Source: Eledone cirrhosa
Taxonomy: Eukaryota
Length of the DNA: 64,000 nucleotides
Direction of reading: 5' to 3'
NCBI GenBank assembly: GCA_964016885.1
Contig: OZ024747.1
Span: forward strand, 42,780,001 to 42,844,000
Shown here: positions 18,001-36,000 of the stretch, piece after piece
How the letters are laid out: the number at the start of each line of letters is the position of its first letter
Numbering within the stretch: the stretch's first letter is position 1
The notes under the pieces: generated by a model
Databases searched by the model: none
Seen by the model: only the letters and a program-made list of their open reading frames with translations
What the model was told of the DNA's origin: nothing
Program-made: the position numbers and the translations under genes

Positions 18001-21000
18001 GTTATGATGTGACAATAGTAACCGTCATGATGTGACAATAGTAACTATCATGATGTGACAATAGTAAATGTCATGATGTGACAATACTAACTGTCATGAT
18101 GTGACAATAGTAACTGTCATGATGTGACAATAGTAAATGTCATGATGTGACAATAGTAACTGTCATGATGTGACAATAGTAACTGTCATGATGTGACAAT
18201 AGTAACTGTCATGATGTGACAAGAGTAACTGTTATGATGTGACAATAGTATCTGTTATGATGTGACAATAGTAACTGTCATGATGTGACAATAGTAACTG
18301 TCATGATGTGACAATAGTAACTGTCATGATGTGACAATAGTAACTGTCATGATTTGACAATAGTAACCGTCATGATTTGACAATAGTAACTGTCATGATG
18401 TGACAATAGTAACTGTTATGATGTGACAATAGTAACCGTCATGATGTGACAATAGTAACTGTCATGATGTGACAATAGTAACTGTCATGATGTGACAATA
18501 ACTGTTATGATGTGACAATAGTAACTGTCATGATGTGACAATAGTAACTGTCATGATGTGACAATAGTAACTGTCATGATGTGACAATAGTAACTATCAT
18601 GATGTGACAATAGTAACTGTCATGATGTGACAATAGTAACTGTCATGATGTGACAATAGTAACTGTCATGATGTGACAATAGTAACTGTTATGATGTGAC
18701 AATAGTAACTGTCATGATGTGTCAATAGTAACTGTCATGATGTGACAATAGTAACTGTCATGATGTGACAGTAGTAACTACCATGATGTGACAATGGTAA
18801 ATGATATGATGTGACAATAGTAACTGTCATGATGTGACAATAGTAACTGTTATGATGTGACAATAGTAACCGTCATGATGTGACAATAGTAACTGTCATG
18901 ATGTGACAATAGTAACTGTCATGATGTTACAATATTAACTGTCATGATGTGACAATAGTAACTGTCATGATGTGACAATAGTAACTATCATGATGTGACA
19001 ATAGTAACTGTCATGATGTGACAATAGTAACGGTCATGATGTGACAATAGTAACTGTCATGATGTGACAATAGTAACTGTTATGATGTGACAATAGTAAC
19101 TGTCATGATGTGACAATAGTAACTGTTATGATGTGACAATAGTAACTGTTATGATGTGACAATAGTAAGTGTCATGATGTGACAAAAGTAACTGTTATGA
19201 TGTGACAATAGTAACAGTCATGATGTGATAATAGTAACTGTTATGATGTGACAATAGTAACTGTCATGATGTGACAATAGTAACTGTCATGATGTGACAA
19301 TAGTAACTGTCATGATGTGACAATAGTAACTATCATGATGTGACAATAGTAAATGTCATGATGTGACAATAGTAACTGTCATGATGTGACAATAGTAACT
19401 GTTATGATGTGACAATAGTAACTGTTATGATGTGACATTAGTAACTGTTATGATGTGACAATAGTAAATGTTATGATGTGACAATAGTAAATGTTATGAT
19501 GTGACAATAGTAACTGTCATGATGTGACAATAGTAACTGTCATGATCTGACAATAGTAACTGTCATGATGTGACAATAGTAACTGTCATGATGTGACAAT
19601 AGTAACTGTCATGATGTGACAATAGTAACTATCATGATGTGACAATAGTAAATGTCATGATGTGACAATAGTAACTGTCATGATGTGACAATAGTAACTG
19701 TCATGATGTGACAATAGTAACTGTTATGATGTGACAATAGTAACTGTTATGATGTGACAATAGTAACTGTCATGATGTGACAATAGTAACTGTCATGATG
19801 TGACAATAGTAACTGTCATGATGTGACAATAGTAACTGTTATGATGTGACAATAGTAACTGTTATGATGTGACAATAGTAACTGTTATGATGTGACAATA
19901 GTAACTGTTATGATGTGACAATAGTAACTGTTATGATGTGACAATAGTAACTGTCATGATGTGACAATAGTAACTATCATGATGTGACAATAGTAAATGT
20001 CATGATGTGACAATAGTAACTGACATGATGTGACAATAGTAACTGTCATGATGTGACAATAGTAACTGTCATAATGTGACAATAGTAACTGTCATGATGT
20101 GACAATAGTAACTGTCATGATGTGACAATAGTAACTGTCATGATGTGACAATAGTAACTGTCATGATGTGACAATAGTAACTGTCATGATGTGACAATAG
20201 TAACTATCATGATGTGACAATAGTAAATGTCATGATGTGACAATAGTAACTGACATGATGTGACAATAGTAACTGTCATGATGTGACAATAGTAACTGTC
20301 ATAATGTGACAATAGTAACTGTCATGATGTGACAATAGTAACTGTCATGATGTGACAATAGTAACTGTCATGATGTGACAATAGTAACTGTCATGATGTG
20401 ACAATAGTAACTGTCATGATGTGACAATAGTAACTGTCATGATGTGACAATAGTAACTATCATGATGTGACAATAGTAAATGTCATGATGTGACAATAGT
20501 AACTGACATGATGTGACAATAGTAACTGTCATGATGTGACAATAGTAACTGTCATGATGTGACAATAGTAACTGTCATAATGTGACAATAGTAACTGTCA
20601 TGATGTGACAATAGTAACTCATGATGTGACAATAGTAACTATCCTGATGTGATAATAGTAACTGTCATGATGTGACAATAGTAACTGTCATGATGTGACA
20701 ATAGTAACTGTCATGATGTGACAATAGTAACTGTCATGATGTGACAATAGTAACTGTCATGATGTGACAATAGTAACTGTTATGTGACAATAGTAACTGT
20801 CATGATGTGACAATAGTAACTGTCATGATGTGACAATAGTAACTGTCATGATGTGACAATAGTAAATGTCATGATGTGACAATAGTAACTGTTATGATGT
20901 AACAATAGTAACTGTCATGATGTGACAATAGTAACTGTCATGATGTGACAATAGTAACTGTCATGATGTGACAATAGTAACTGTCATGATGGGACAATAG

Positions 21001-24000
21001 TAACTGTCATGATGTGACAATAGTAACTGTCATGATGTGACAATAGTAACTGTCATGATGTGACAATAGTAACTGTTATGATGTGACAATAGTAACTGTC
21101 ATGATGTGACAATAGTATCTGTCATGATGTGACAATAGTAACTGTCATGATGTGACAATAGTAACTGTCATGATGTGACAATAGTAACTGTCATAATGTG
21201 ACAATAGTAACTGTCATGATGTGACAATAGTAACTGTCATGATGTGACAATAGTAAGTGTCATGATGTGACAATAGTAACTGTCATGATGTGACAATAGT
21301 AACTGTCATGATGTGACAATAGTAACTGTCATGATGTGACAATAGTAACTGTCATGATGTGACAATAGTAACTGTCATGATGTGACAATACTAACTGTCA
21401 TGATGTGACAATAGTAACTGTCATGATGTGACAATAGTAACTGTCATGATGTGACAATAGTAACTGTCATGATGTGACAATAGTAACTGTCATGATGTGA
21501 CAATAGTAACTGTCATGATGTGACAATAGTAAATGTTATGATGTGACAATAGTAACTGTCATGATGTGACAATAGTAACTGTCATGATGTGACAATAGTA
21601 ACTGTTATGATGTGACAATAGTAACTGTCATGATGTGACAATAGTAACTGTCATGATGTGACAATAGTTACTGTCATGATGTGACAATAGTAACTGTCAT
21701 GATGTGACAATAGTAACTGTCATGATGTGACAATACTAACTGTCATGATGTGACAATAGTAACTGTCATGATGTGACAATAGTAACTGTCATGATGTGAG
21801 AATAGTAAATGTCATGATGTGACAATAGTAACTGTTATGATGTAACAATAGTAACTGTCATGATGTGACAATAGTAACTGTCATGATGTGACAATAGTAA
21901 CTGTCATGATGTGACAATAGTAACTGTCATGATGTGACAATAGTAACTGTCATGATGTGACAATAGTAACTGTCATGATGTGACAATAGTGACTGTTATG
22001 ATGTGACAATAGTAACTGTCATGATGTGACAATAGTATATGTCATGATGTGACAATAGTAACTGTCATGATGTGACAATAGTAACTGTCATGATGTGACA
22101 ATAGTAACTGTCATAATGTGACAATAGTAACTGTCATGATGTGACAATAGTAACTGTCATGATGTGACAATAGTAACTGTCATGATGTGACAATACTAAC
22201 TGTCATGATGTGACAATAGTAACTGTCATGATGTGACAATAGTAACTATCATGATGTGACAATAGTAACTGTCATGATGTGACAATAGTAACGGTCATGA
22301 TGTGACAATAGTAACTGTCATGATGTGACAATAGTAACTGTTATGATGTGACAATAGTAACTGTCATGATGTGACAATAGTAACTGTTATGATGTGACAA
22401 TAGTAACTGTTATGATGTGACAATAGTAAGTGTCATGATGTGACAAAAGTAACTGTTATGATGTGACAATAGTAACAGTCATGATGTGATAATAGTAACT
22501 GTTATGATGTGACAATAGTAACTGTCATGATGTGACAATAGTAACTGTCATGATGTGACAATAGTAACTGTCATGATGTGACAATAGTAACTATCATGAT
22601 GTGACAATAGTAAATGTCATGATGTGACAATAGTAACTGTCATGATGTGACAATAGTAACTGTTATGATGTGACAATAGTAACTGTTATGATGTGACATT
22701 AGTAACTGTTATGATGTGACAATAGTAAATGTTATGATGTGACAATAGTAAATGTTATGATGTGACAATAGTAACTGTCATGATGTGACAATAGTAACTG
22801 TCATGATCTGACAATAGTAACTGTCATGATGTGACAATAGTAACTGTCATGATGTGACAATAGTAACTGTCATGATGTGACAATAGTAACTATCATGATG
22901 TGACAATAGTAAATGTCATGATGTGACAATAGTAACTGTCATGATGTGACAATAGTAACTGTCATGATGTGACAATAGTAACTGTTATGATGTGACAATA
23001 GTAACTGTTATGATGTGACAATAGTAACTGTCATGATGTGACAATTGTAACTGTCATGATGTGACAATAGTAACTGTCATGATGTGACAATACTAACTGT
23101 TATGATGTGACAATAGTAACTGTTATGATGTGACAATAGTAACTTATGATGTGACAATAGTAACTGTTATGATGTGACAATAGTAACTGTTATGATGTGA
23201 CAATAGTAACTGTCATGATGTGACAATAGTAACTATCATGATGTGACAATAGTAAATGTCATGATGTGACAATAGTAACTGACATGATGTGACAATAGTA
23301 ACTGTCATGATGTGACAATAGTAACTGTCATAATGTGACAATAGTAACTGTCATGATGTGACAATAGTAACTGTCATGATGTGACAATAGTAACTGTCAT
23401 GATGTGACAATAGTAACTGTCATGATGTGACAATAGTAACTGTCATGATGTGACAATAGTAACTATCAAGATGTGACAATAGTAAATGTCATGATGTGAC
23501 AATAGTAACTGACATGATGTGACAATAGTAACTGTCATGATGTGACAATAGTAACTGTCATAATGTGACAATAGTAACTGTCATGATGTGACAATAGTAA
23601 CTGTCATGATGTGACAATAGTAACTGTCATGATGTGACAATAGTAACTGTCATGATGTGACAATAGTAACTGTCATGATGTGACAATAGTAACTATCATG
23701 ATGTGACAATAGTAAATGTCATGATGTGACAATAGTAACTGACATGATGTGACAATAGTAACTGTCATGATGTGACAATAGTAACTGTCATAATGTGACA
23801 ATAGTAACTGTCATGATGTGACAATAGTAACTCATGATGTGACAATAGTAACTATCCTGATGTGATAATAGTAACTGTCATGATGTGACAATAGTAACTG
23901 TCATGATGTGACAATAGTAACTGTCATGATGTGACAATAGTAACTGTCATGATGTGACAATAGTAACTGTCATGATGTGACAATAGTAACTGTTATGTGA

Positions 24001-27000
24001 CAATAGTTACTGTCATGATGTGACAATAGTAACTGTCATGATGTGACAATAGTAACTGTCATGATGTGACAATAGTAAATGTCATGATGTGACAATAGTA
24101 ACTGTTATGATGTAACAATAGTAACTGTCATGATGTGACAATAGTAACTGTCATGATGTGACAATAGTAACTGTCATGATGTGACAATAGTAACTGTCAT
24201 GATGTGACAATAGTAACTGTCATGATGTGACAATAGTAACTGTCATGATGTGACAATAGTAACTGTCATGATGTGACAATAGTAACTGTTATGATGTGAC
24301 AATAGTAACTGTCATGATGTGACAATAGTATCTGTCATGATGTGACAATAGTAACTGTCATGATGTGACAATAGTAACTGTCATGATGTGACAATAGTAA
24401 CTGTCATAATGTGACAATAGTAACTGTCATGATGTGACAATAGTAACTGTCATGATGTGACAATAGTAACTGTCATGATGTGACAATAGTAACTGTCATG
24501 ATGTGACAATAGTAACTGTCATGATGTGACAATAGTAACTGTCATGATGTGACAATAGTAAATGTTATGATGTGACAATAGTAACTGTCATGATGTGACA
24601 ATAGTAACTGTCATGATGTGACAATAGTAACTGTTATGATGTGACAATAGTAACTGTCATGATGTGACAATAGTAACTGTCATGATGTGACAATAGTAAC
24701 TGTCATGATGTGACAATAGTAACTGTCATGATGTGACAATAGTAACTGTCATGATGTGACAATACTAACTGGCATGATGTGACAATAGTAACTGTCATGA
24801 TGTGACAATAGTAAATGTCATGATGTGACAATAGTAACTCTCATGATGTGACAATAGTAACTGTCATGATGTGACAATAGTAACTGTCATGATGTGACAA
24901 TAGTAACTGTTATGATGTGACAATAGTAACTGTTATGATGTGACAATAGTAACTGTCATGATGTGACAATAGTAACTGTCATGATGTGACAATAGTAACT
25001 GTCATGATGTGACAATAGTAACTGTCATGATTTGACAATAGTAACTGTCATGATGTGACAATAGTAACTGTTATGATGTGACAATAGTAACCGTCATGAT
25101 GTGACAATAGTAACTGTCATGATGTGACAATAGTAACTGTCATGATGTGACAATATTAACTGTCATGATGTGACAATAGTAACTGTTATGATGTGACAAT
25201 AGTAACTGTCATGATGTGACAATAGTAACTGTCATGATGTGACAATAACTGTTATGATGTGACAATAGTAACTGTCATGATGTGACAATAGTAACTGTCA
25301 TGATGTGACAATAGTAATTGTCATGATGTGACAATAGTAACTATCATGATGTGACAATAGTAACTATCATGATGTGACAATAGTAACTGTCATGATGTGA
25401 CAATAGTAACTGTCATGATGTGACAATAGTAACTGTCATGATGTGACAATAGTAACTGTCATGATGTGACAATAGTAACTGTCATGATGTGACAATAGTA
25501 ACTGTCATGATGTGACAGTAGTAACTATCATGATGTGACAATAGTAACTGTCATGATGTGACAATAGTAACTGTCATGATGTGACAATAGTAACTGTCAT
25601 GATGTGACAATAGTAAATGTCATGATGTGACAATAGTGACTGTCATGATGTGACAATAGTAACTGTCATGATGTGACAATGGTAATTGATATGATGTGAC
25701 AATAGTAACTGTCATGATGTTACAATAGTAACTGTCATGATGTGACAATAGTAACTATCATGATGTGACAATAGTAAATGTTATGATGTGACAATAGTAA
25801 CGGTCATGATGTGACAATAGTAACTGTCATGATGTGACAATAGTAACTGTCATGATGTGACAATAGTAACTGTCATGATGTGACAGTAGTAACTATCATG
25901 ATGTGACAATAGTAACTGTCATGATGTGACAATGGTAAATGATATGATGTGACAATAGTAACTGTCATGATGTTACAATAGTAACTGTCATGATGTGACA
26001 ATAGTAACTGTCATGATGTGACAATAGTAACTATCATGATGTGACAATAGTAAATGTTATGATGTGACAATAGTAACGGTCATGATGTGACAATAGTAAC
26101 TGTCATGATGTGACAATAGTAACTGTTATGATGTGACAATAGTAACTGTCATGATGTGACAATAGTAACTGTTATGATGTGACAATAGTAACTGTTATGA
26201 TGTGACAATAGTAAGTGTCATGATGTGACAAATGTAACTGTTATGATGTGACAATAGTAACTGTCATGATGTGACAATAGTAACTGTTATGATGTGACAA
26301 TAGTAACTGTCATGATGTGACAATAGTAACTGTCATGATGTGACAATAGTAACTGTCATGATGTGACAATAGTAACTGTCATGATGTGACAATAGTAAAT
26401 GTTATGATGTGACAATAGTAACTGTCATGATGTGACAATAGTAACTGTCATGATGTGACAATAGTAACTGTTATGATGTGACAATAGTAACTGTCATGAT
26501 GTGACAATAGTAACTGTCATGATGTGACAATAGTAACTGTCATGATGTGACAATAGTAACTGTCATGATGTGACAATAGTAACTGTCATGATGTGACAAT
26601 ACTAACTGTCATGATGTGACAATAGTAACTGTCATGATGTGACAATAGTAAATGTCATGATGTGACAATAGTAACTGTCATGATGTGACAATAGTAACTG
26701 TCATGATGTGACAATAGTAACTGACATGATGTGACAAGAGTAACTGTTATGATGTGACAATAGTATCTGTTATGATGTGACAATAGTAACTGTCATGATG
26801 TGACAATAGTAACTGTCATGATGTGACAATAGTAACTGTCATGATTTGACAATAGTAACTGTCATGATGTGACAATAGTAACTGTTATGATGTGACAATA
26901 GTAACCGTCATGATGTGACAATAGTAACTGTCATGATGTGACAATAGTAACTGTCATGATGTGACAATATTAACTGTCATGATGTGACAATAGTAACTGT

Positions 27001-30000
27001 TATGATGTGACAATAGTAACTGTCATGATGTGACAATAACTGTTATGATGTGACAATAGTAACTGTCATGATGTGACAATAGTAACTGTCATGATGTGAC
27101 AATAGTAACTGTCATGATGTGACAATAGTAACTATCATGATGTGACAATAGTAACTATCATGATGTGACAATAGTAACTGTCATGATGTGACAATAGTAA
27201 CTGTCATGATGTGACAATAGTAACTGTTATGATGTGACAATAGTAACTGTCATGATGTGTCAATAGTAACTGTCATGATGTGACAATAGTAACTGTCATG
27301 ATGTGACAGTAGTAACTACCATGATGTGACAATGGTAAATGATATGATGTGACAATAGTAACTGTCATGATGTGACAATAGTAACTGTTATGATGTGACA
27401 ATAGTAACCGTCATGATGTGACAATAGTAACTGTCATGATGTGACAATAGTAACTGTCATGATGTTACAATATTAACTGTCATGATGTGACAATAGTAAC
27501 TGTCATGATGTGACAATAGTAACTATCATGATGTGACAATAGTAACTGTCATGATGTGACAATAGTAACGGTTATGATGTGACAATAGTAACTGTCATGA
27601 TGTGACAATAGTAACTGTTATGACGTGACAATAGTAACTGTCATGATGTGACAATAGTAACTGTTATGATGTGACAATAGTAACTGTTATGATGTGACAA
27701 TAGTAAGTGTCATGATGTGACAATAGTAACTGTTATGATGTGACAATAGTAACTGTTATGATGCGACAATCGTAACTGTCATGATTTGACAATAGTAACT
27801 GTAATGATGTGACAATAGTAACTGTCATGATGTGACAATAGTAATTGTCATGATGTAACAATAGTAAATGTCATGACGTAACAATAATAAATGTTATGAT
27901 GTAACAATAGTAACTGTCATGATGTGACAATAGTAACTGTCATGATGTGACAATAGTAACTGTCATGATGTAACAATAGTAAATGTCATGATGTGACAAT
28001 AGTAACTGTCATGATGTGACAATAGTAACTGTCATGATGTGACAATAGTAACTGTCATGATGTAACAATCGTAACTGTCATGATTTGACAATAGTAACTG
28101 TCATGATGTAACAATAGTAAATGTCATGATGTGACAATAGTAACTGTCATGATGTGACAATAGTAACTGTCATGATGTGACAATAGTAACTGTCATGATG
28201 TGACAATAGTAACTATCATGATGTGACAATAGTAAATGTCATGATGTGACAATAGTAACTGTCATGATGTGACAATAGTAACTGTTATGATGTGACAATA
28301 GTAACTGTTATGATGTGACATTAGTAACTGTTATGATGTGACAATAGTAAATGTTATGATGTGACAATAGTAAATGTTATGATGTGACAATAGTAACTGT
28401 CATGATGTGACAATAGTAACTGTCATGATCTGACAATAGTAACTGTCATGATGTGACAATAGTAACTGTCATGATGTGACAATAGTAACTGTCATGATGT
28501 GACAATAGTAACTATCATGATGTGACAATAGTAAATGTCATGATGTGACAATAGTAACTGTCATGATGTGACAATAGTAACTGTCATGATGTGACAATAG
28601 AAACTGTTATGATGTGACAATAGTAACTGTTATGATGTGACAATAGTAACTGTCATGATGTGACAATAGTAACTGTCATGATGTGACAATAGTAACTGTC
28701 ATGATGTGACAATAGTAACTGTTATGATGTGACAATAGTAACTCATGATGTGACAATAGTAACTATCCTGATGTGATAATAGTAACTGTCATGATGTGAC
28801 AATAGTAACTGTCATGATGTGACAATAGTAACTGTCATGATGTGACAATAGTAACTGTCATGATGTGACAATAGTAACTATCATGATGTGACAATAGTAA
28901 CTGTTATGATGTGACAATAGTAACTGTCATGATGTGACAATAGTAACTGTCATGATGTGACAATAGTAACTGTCATGATGTGACAATAGTAACTGTTATG
29001 ATGTGACAATAGTAACTCATGATGTGACAATAGTAACTATCCTGATGTGATAATAGTAACTGTCATGATGTGACAATAGTAACTGTCATGATGTGACAAT
29101 AGTAACTGTCATGATGTGACAATAGTAACTGTCATGATGTGACAATAGTAACTGTCATGATGTGACAATAGTAACTGTTATGTGACAATAGTAACTGTCA
29201 TGATGTGACAATAGTAACTGTCATGATGTGACAATAGTAACTGTCATGATGTGACAATAGTAAATGTCATGATGTGACAATAGTAACTGTTATGATGTAA
29301 CAATAGTAACTGTCATGATGTGACAATAGTAACTGTCATGATGTGACAATTATAACTGTCATGATGTGACAATAGTAACTGTCATGATGTGACAATAGTA
29401 ACTGTCATGATGTGACAATAGTAACTGTCATGATGTGACAATAGTAACTGTCATGATGTGACAATAGTAACTGTTATGATGTGACAATAGTAACTGTCAT
29501 GATGTGACAATAGTATCTGTCATGATGTGACAATAGTAACTGTCATGATGTGACAATAGTAAATGTTATGATGTGACAATAGTAAATGTCATGATGTGAC
29601 AATAGTAACTGTCATGATGTGACAATAGTAACTGTCATGATGTGACAATAGTAACTGTCATGATGTGACAATAGTAACTGTTATGATGTGACAATAGTAA
29701 CTGTTATGATTTGACAATAGTAACTGTCATGATGTGACAATAGTAACTGTCATGATGTGACAATAGTAACTGTCATGATGTGACAATAGTAACTGTCATG
29801 ATTTGACAATAGTAACTGTCATGATGTGACAATAGTAACTGTTATGATGTGACAATAGTAACCGTCATGATGTGACAATAGTAACTGTCATGATGTGACA
29901 ATAGTAACTGTCATGATGTGACAATATTAACTGTCATGATGTGACAATAGTAACTGTTATGATGTGACAATAGTAACTGTCATGATGTGACAATAGTAAC

Positions 30001-33000
30001 TGTCATGATGTGACAATAGTAATTGTCATGATGTGACAATAGTAACTATCATGATGTGACAATAGTAACTATCATGATGTGACAATAGTAACTGTCATGA
30101 TGTGACAATAGTAACTGTCATGATGTGACAATAGTAACTGTTATGATGTGACAATAGTAACTGTCATGATGTGACAATAGTAACTGTCATGATGTGACAA
30201 TAGTAACTGTCATGATGTGACAATAGTAACTGTCATGATGTGACAATAGTAACTGTCATGATGTGACAATACTAACTGTCATGATGTGACAATAGTAACT
30301 GTCATGATGTGACAATAGTAAATGTCATGATGTGACAATAGTAACTGTCATGATGTGACAATAGTAACTGTCATGATGTGACAATAGTAACTGTCATGAT
30401 GTGACAATAGTAAATGTCATGATGTGACAATAGTAACTGTCATGATGTGACAATAGTAACTGTCATGATGTGACAATATTAACTGTCATGATGTGACAAT
30501 AGTAACTGTTATGATGTGACAATAGTAACTGTCATGATGTGACAATAACTGTTATGATGTGACAATAGTAACTGTCATGATGTGACAATAGTAACTGTCA
30601 TGATGTGACAATAGTAATTGTCATGATGTGACAATAGTAACTATCATGATGTGACAATAGTAACTATCATGATGTGACAATAGTAACTGTCATGATGTGA
30701 CAATAGTAACTGTCATGATGTGACAATAGTAACTGTCATGATGTGACAATAGTAACTGTCATGATGTGACAATAGTAACTGTCATGATGTGACAATAGTA
30801 ACTGTCATGATGTGACAGTAGTAACTATCATGATGTGACAATAGTAACTGTCATGATGTGACAATAGTAACTGTCATGATGTGACAATAGTAACTGTCAT
30901 GATGTGACAATAGTAAATATCATGATGTGACAATAGTGACTGTCATGATGTGACAATAGTAACTGTCATGATGTGACAATGGTAAATGATATGATGTGAC
31001 AATAGTAACTGTCATGATGTTACAATAGTAACTGTCATGATGTGACAATAGTAACTATCATGATGTGACAATAGTAAATGTTATGATGTGACAATAGTAA
31101 CTGTCATGATGTGACAATAGTAACTGTCATGATGTGACAATAGTAACTGTCATGATGTGACAATAGTAACTGTCATGATGTGACAATAGTAACTGTCATG
31201 ATGTGACAATAGTAACTGTCATGATGTGACAATAGTAACTGTCATGATGTGACAATAGTAACTGTCATGATGTGACAATAGTAACTGTCATGATGTGACA
31301 ATAGTAACTGTCATGATGTGACAATAGTAACTGTCATGATGTGACAATAGTAACTGTCATGATGTGACAATAGTAACTGTCATGATGTGACAATAGTAAA
31401 TGTCATGATGTGACAATAGTGACTGTCATGATGTGACAATAGTAACTGTCATGATGTGACAATGGTAAATGATATGATGTGACAATAGTAACTGTCATGA
31501 TGTTACAATAGTAACTGTCATGATGTGACAATAGTAACTGTCATGATGTGACAATAGTAACTATCATGATGTGACAATAGTAAATGTTATGATGTGACAA
31601 TAGTAACGGTCATGATGTGACAATAGTAACTGTCATGATGTGACAATAGTAACTGTTATGATGTGACAATAGTAACTGTCATGATGTGACAATAGTAACT
31701 GTTATGATGTGACAATAGTAACTGTTATGATGTGACAATAGTAAGTGTCATGATGTGACAAATGTAACTGTTATGATGTGACAATAGTAACTGTCATGAT
31801 GTGACAATAGTAACTGTTATGATGTGACAATAGTAACTGTCATGATGTGACAATAGTAACTATCATGATGTGACAATAGTAAATGTCATGATGTGACAAT
31901 AGTAACTGTCATGATGTGACAATAGTAACTGTTATGATGTGACAATAGTAACTGTTATGATGTGACATTAGTAACTGTTATGATGTGACAATAGTAAATG
32001 TTATGATGTGACAATAGTAAATGTTATGATGTGACAATAGTAAATGTTATGATGTGACAATAGTAACTGTCATGATGTGACAATAGTAACTGTCATGATC
32101 TGACAATAGTAACTGTCATGATGTGACAATAGTAACTGTCATGATGTGACAATAGTAACTGTCATGATGTGACAATAGTAACTATCATGATGTGACAATA
32201 GTAAATGTCATGATGTGACAATAGTAACTGTCATGATGTGACAATAGTAACTGTCATGATGTGACAATAGTAATTGTTATGATGTGACAATAGTAACTGT
32301 TATGATGTGACAATAGTAACTGTCATGATGTGACAATAGTAACTGTCATGATGTGACAATAGTAACTGTCATGATGTGACAATAGTAACTGTTATGATGT
32401 GACAATAGTAACTGTTATGATGTGACAATAGTAACTGTTATGATGTGACAATAGTAACTGTTATGATGTGACAATAGTAACTGTTATGATGTGACAATAG
32501 TAACTGTCATGATGTGACAATAGTAACTATCATGATGTGACAATAGTAAATGTCATGATGTGACAATAGTAACTGACATGATGTGACAATAGTAACTGTG
32601 ATGATGTGACAATAGTAACTGTCATAATGTGACAATAGTAACTGTCATGATGTGACAATAGTAACTGTCATGATGTGACAATAGTAACTGTCATGATGTG
32701 ACAATAGTAACTGTCATGATGTGACAATAGTAACTGTCATGATGTGACAATAGTAACTATCATGATGTGACAATAGTAAATGTCATGATGTGACAATAGT
32801 AACTGACATGATGTGACAATAGTAACTGTCATGATGTGACAATAGTAACTGTCATAATGTGACAATAGTAACTGTCATGATGTGACAATAGTAACTGTCA
32901 TGATGTGACAATAGTAACTGTCATGATGTGACAATAGTAACTGTCATGATGTGACAATAGTAACTGTCATGATGTGACAATAGTAACTGTCATGATGTGA

Positions 33001-36000
33001 CAATAGTAAATGTTATGATGTGACAATAGTAACTGTCATGATGTGACAATAGTAACTGTCATGATGTGACAATAGTAACTGTTATGATGTGACAATAGTA
33101 ACTGTCATGATGTGACAATAGTAACTGTCATGATGTGACAATAGTAACTGTCATGATATGACAATAGTAACTGTCATGTTGTGACAATAGTAACTGTTAT
33201 GATGTGACAATACTAACTGTCATGATGTGACAATAGTAACTGTCATGATGTGACAATAGTAAATGTCATGATGTGACAATAGTAACTGTCATGATGTGAC
33301 AATAGTAACTGTCATGATGTGACAATAGTAACTGTCATGATGTGACAATAGTAACTGTTATGATGTGACAATAGTAACTGTTATGATGTGACAATAGTAA
33401 CTGTCATGATGTGACAATAGTAACTGTCATGATGTGACAATAGTAACTGTCATGATGTGACAATAGTAACTGTCATGATTTGACAATAGTAACTGTCATG
33501 ATGTGACAATAGTAACTGTTATGATGTGACAATAGTAACCGTCATGATGTGACAATAGTAACTGTCATGATGTGACAATAGTAACTGTCATGATGTGACA
33601 ATATTAACTGTCATGATGTGACAATAGTAACTGTTATGATGTGACAATAGTAACTGTCATGATGTGACAATAACTGTTATGATGTGACAATAACTGTTAT
33701 GATGTGACAATAGTAACTGTCATGATGTGACAATAGTAACTGTCATGATGTGACAATAGTAACTGTCATGATGTGACAATAGTAACTATCATGATGTGAC
33801 AATAGTAACTATCATGAAGTGACAATAGTAACTGTCATGATCTGACAATAGTAACTGTCATGATGTGACAATAGTAACAGTCATGATGTGACAATAGTAA
33901 CTGTCATGATGTGACAGTAGTAACTATCATGATGTGACAATAGTAACTGTCATGATGTGACAATAGTAACTGTCATGATGTGACAATAGTAACTGTCATG
34001 ATGTGACAATAGTAAATGTCATGATGTGACAATAGTAACTGTCATGATGTGACAATAGTAACTGTCATGATGTGACAATGGTAAATGATATGATGTGACA
34101 ATAGTAACTGTCATGATGTTACAATAGTAACTGTCATGATGTGACAATAGTAACTGTCATGATGTGACAATAGTAACTATCATGATGTGACAATAGTAAA
34201 TGTTATGATGTGACAATAGTAACGGTCATGATGTGACAATAGTAACTGTCATGATGTGACAATAGTAACTGTTATGATGTGACAATAGTAACTGTCATGA
34301 TGTGACAATAGTAACTGTTATGATGTGACAATAGTAACTGTTATGATGTGACAATAGTAAGTGTCATGATGTGACAAAAGTAACTGTTATGATGTGACAA
34401 TAGTAACTGTCATGATGTGACAATAGTAACTGTTATGATGTGACAATAGTAACTGTCATGATGTGACAATAGTAACTGTCATGATGTGACAATAGTAACT
34501 GTCATGATGTGACAATAGTATCTATCATGATGTGACAATAGTAACTGTCATGATGCGACAATAATAACTGTCATGATGTGACAATAGTAACTGTCATGAT
34601 GTGACAATAGTAACTATCATGATGTGACAATAGTAAATGTCATGATGTGACAATAGTAACTGTCATGATGTGACAATAGTAACTGTTATGATGTGACAAT
34701 AGTAACTGTTATGATGTGACATTAGTAACTGTTATGATGTGACAATAGTAAATGTTATGATGTGACAATAGTAAATGTTATGATGTGACAATAGTAACTG
34801 TCATGATGTGACAATAGTAACTGTCATGATCTGACAATAGTAACTGTCATGATGTGACAATAGTAACTGTCATGATGTGACAATAGTAACTGTCATGATG
34901 TGACAATAGTAACTATCATGATGTGACAATAGTAAATGTCATGATGTGACAATAGTAACTGTCATGATGTGACAATAGTAACTGTCATGATGTGACAATA
35001 GTAACTGTTATGATGTGACAATAGTAACTGTTATGATGTGACAATAGTAACTGTCATGATGTGACAATAGTAACTGTCATGATGTGACAATAGTAACTGT
35101 CATGATGTGACAATAGTAACTGTTATGATGTGACAATAGTAACTGTTATGATGTGACAATAGTAACTGTTATGATGTGACAATAGTAACTGTTATGATGT
35201 GACAATAGTAACTGTTATGATGTGACAATAGTAACTGTCATGATGTGACAATAGTAACTATCATGATGTGACAATAGTAAATGTCATGATGTGACAATAG
35301 TAACTGACATGATGTGACAATAGTAACTGTCATGATGTGACAATAGTAACTATCATGATGTGACAATAGTAACTTATTATGTGACAATAGTAACTATCAT
35401 GATGTGACAATAGTAACTATCATGATGTGACAATAGTAACTGTCATGATGTGACAATAGTAAATGTCATGATGTGACAATAGTAACTGTCATGATGTGAC
35501 AAGAGTAACTGTCATGATGTGACAATAGTAAATGTCATGATGTGACAATAGTAACTGTCATGATGTAACAATAGTAACTGTCATGTGACAATAGTAAATG
35601 GTATGATGTGACAATAGTAACTGTCATGATGTGACAATAGTAACTGTTATGATGTGACAATAGTAACTGTCATGATGTGACAATAGTAACTGTCATGATG
35701 TGACAATAGTAACTGTCATGATGTGACAATAGTAACTGTTATGATGTGACAATAGTAACTGTCATGATGTGACAATAGTAACTGTCATGATGTGACAATA
35801 GTAACTGTCATGATGTGACAATAGTAACTGTCATGATGTGACAATAGTAACTGTCATGATGTGACAATAGTAAATGTCATGATGTGACAATAGTAACTGT
35901 CATGATGTGACAATAGTAACTGTCATGATGTGACAATAGTAAATGTCATGATGTGACAATAGTAACTGTCATGATGTGACAATAGTAAATGTCATGATGT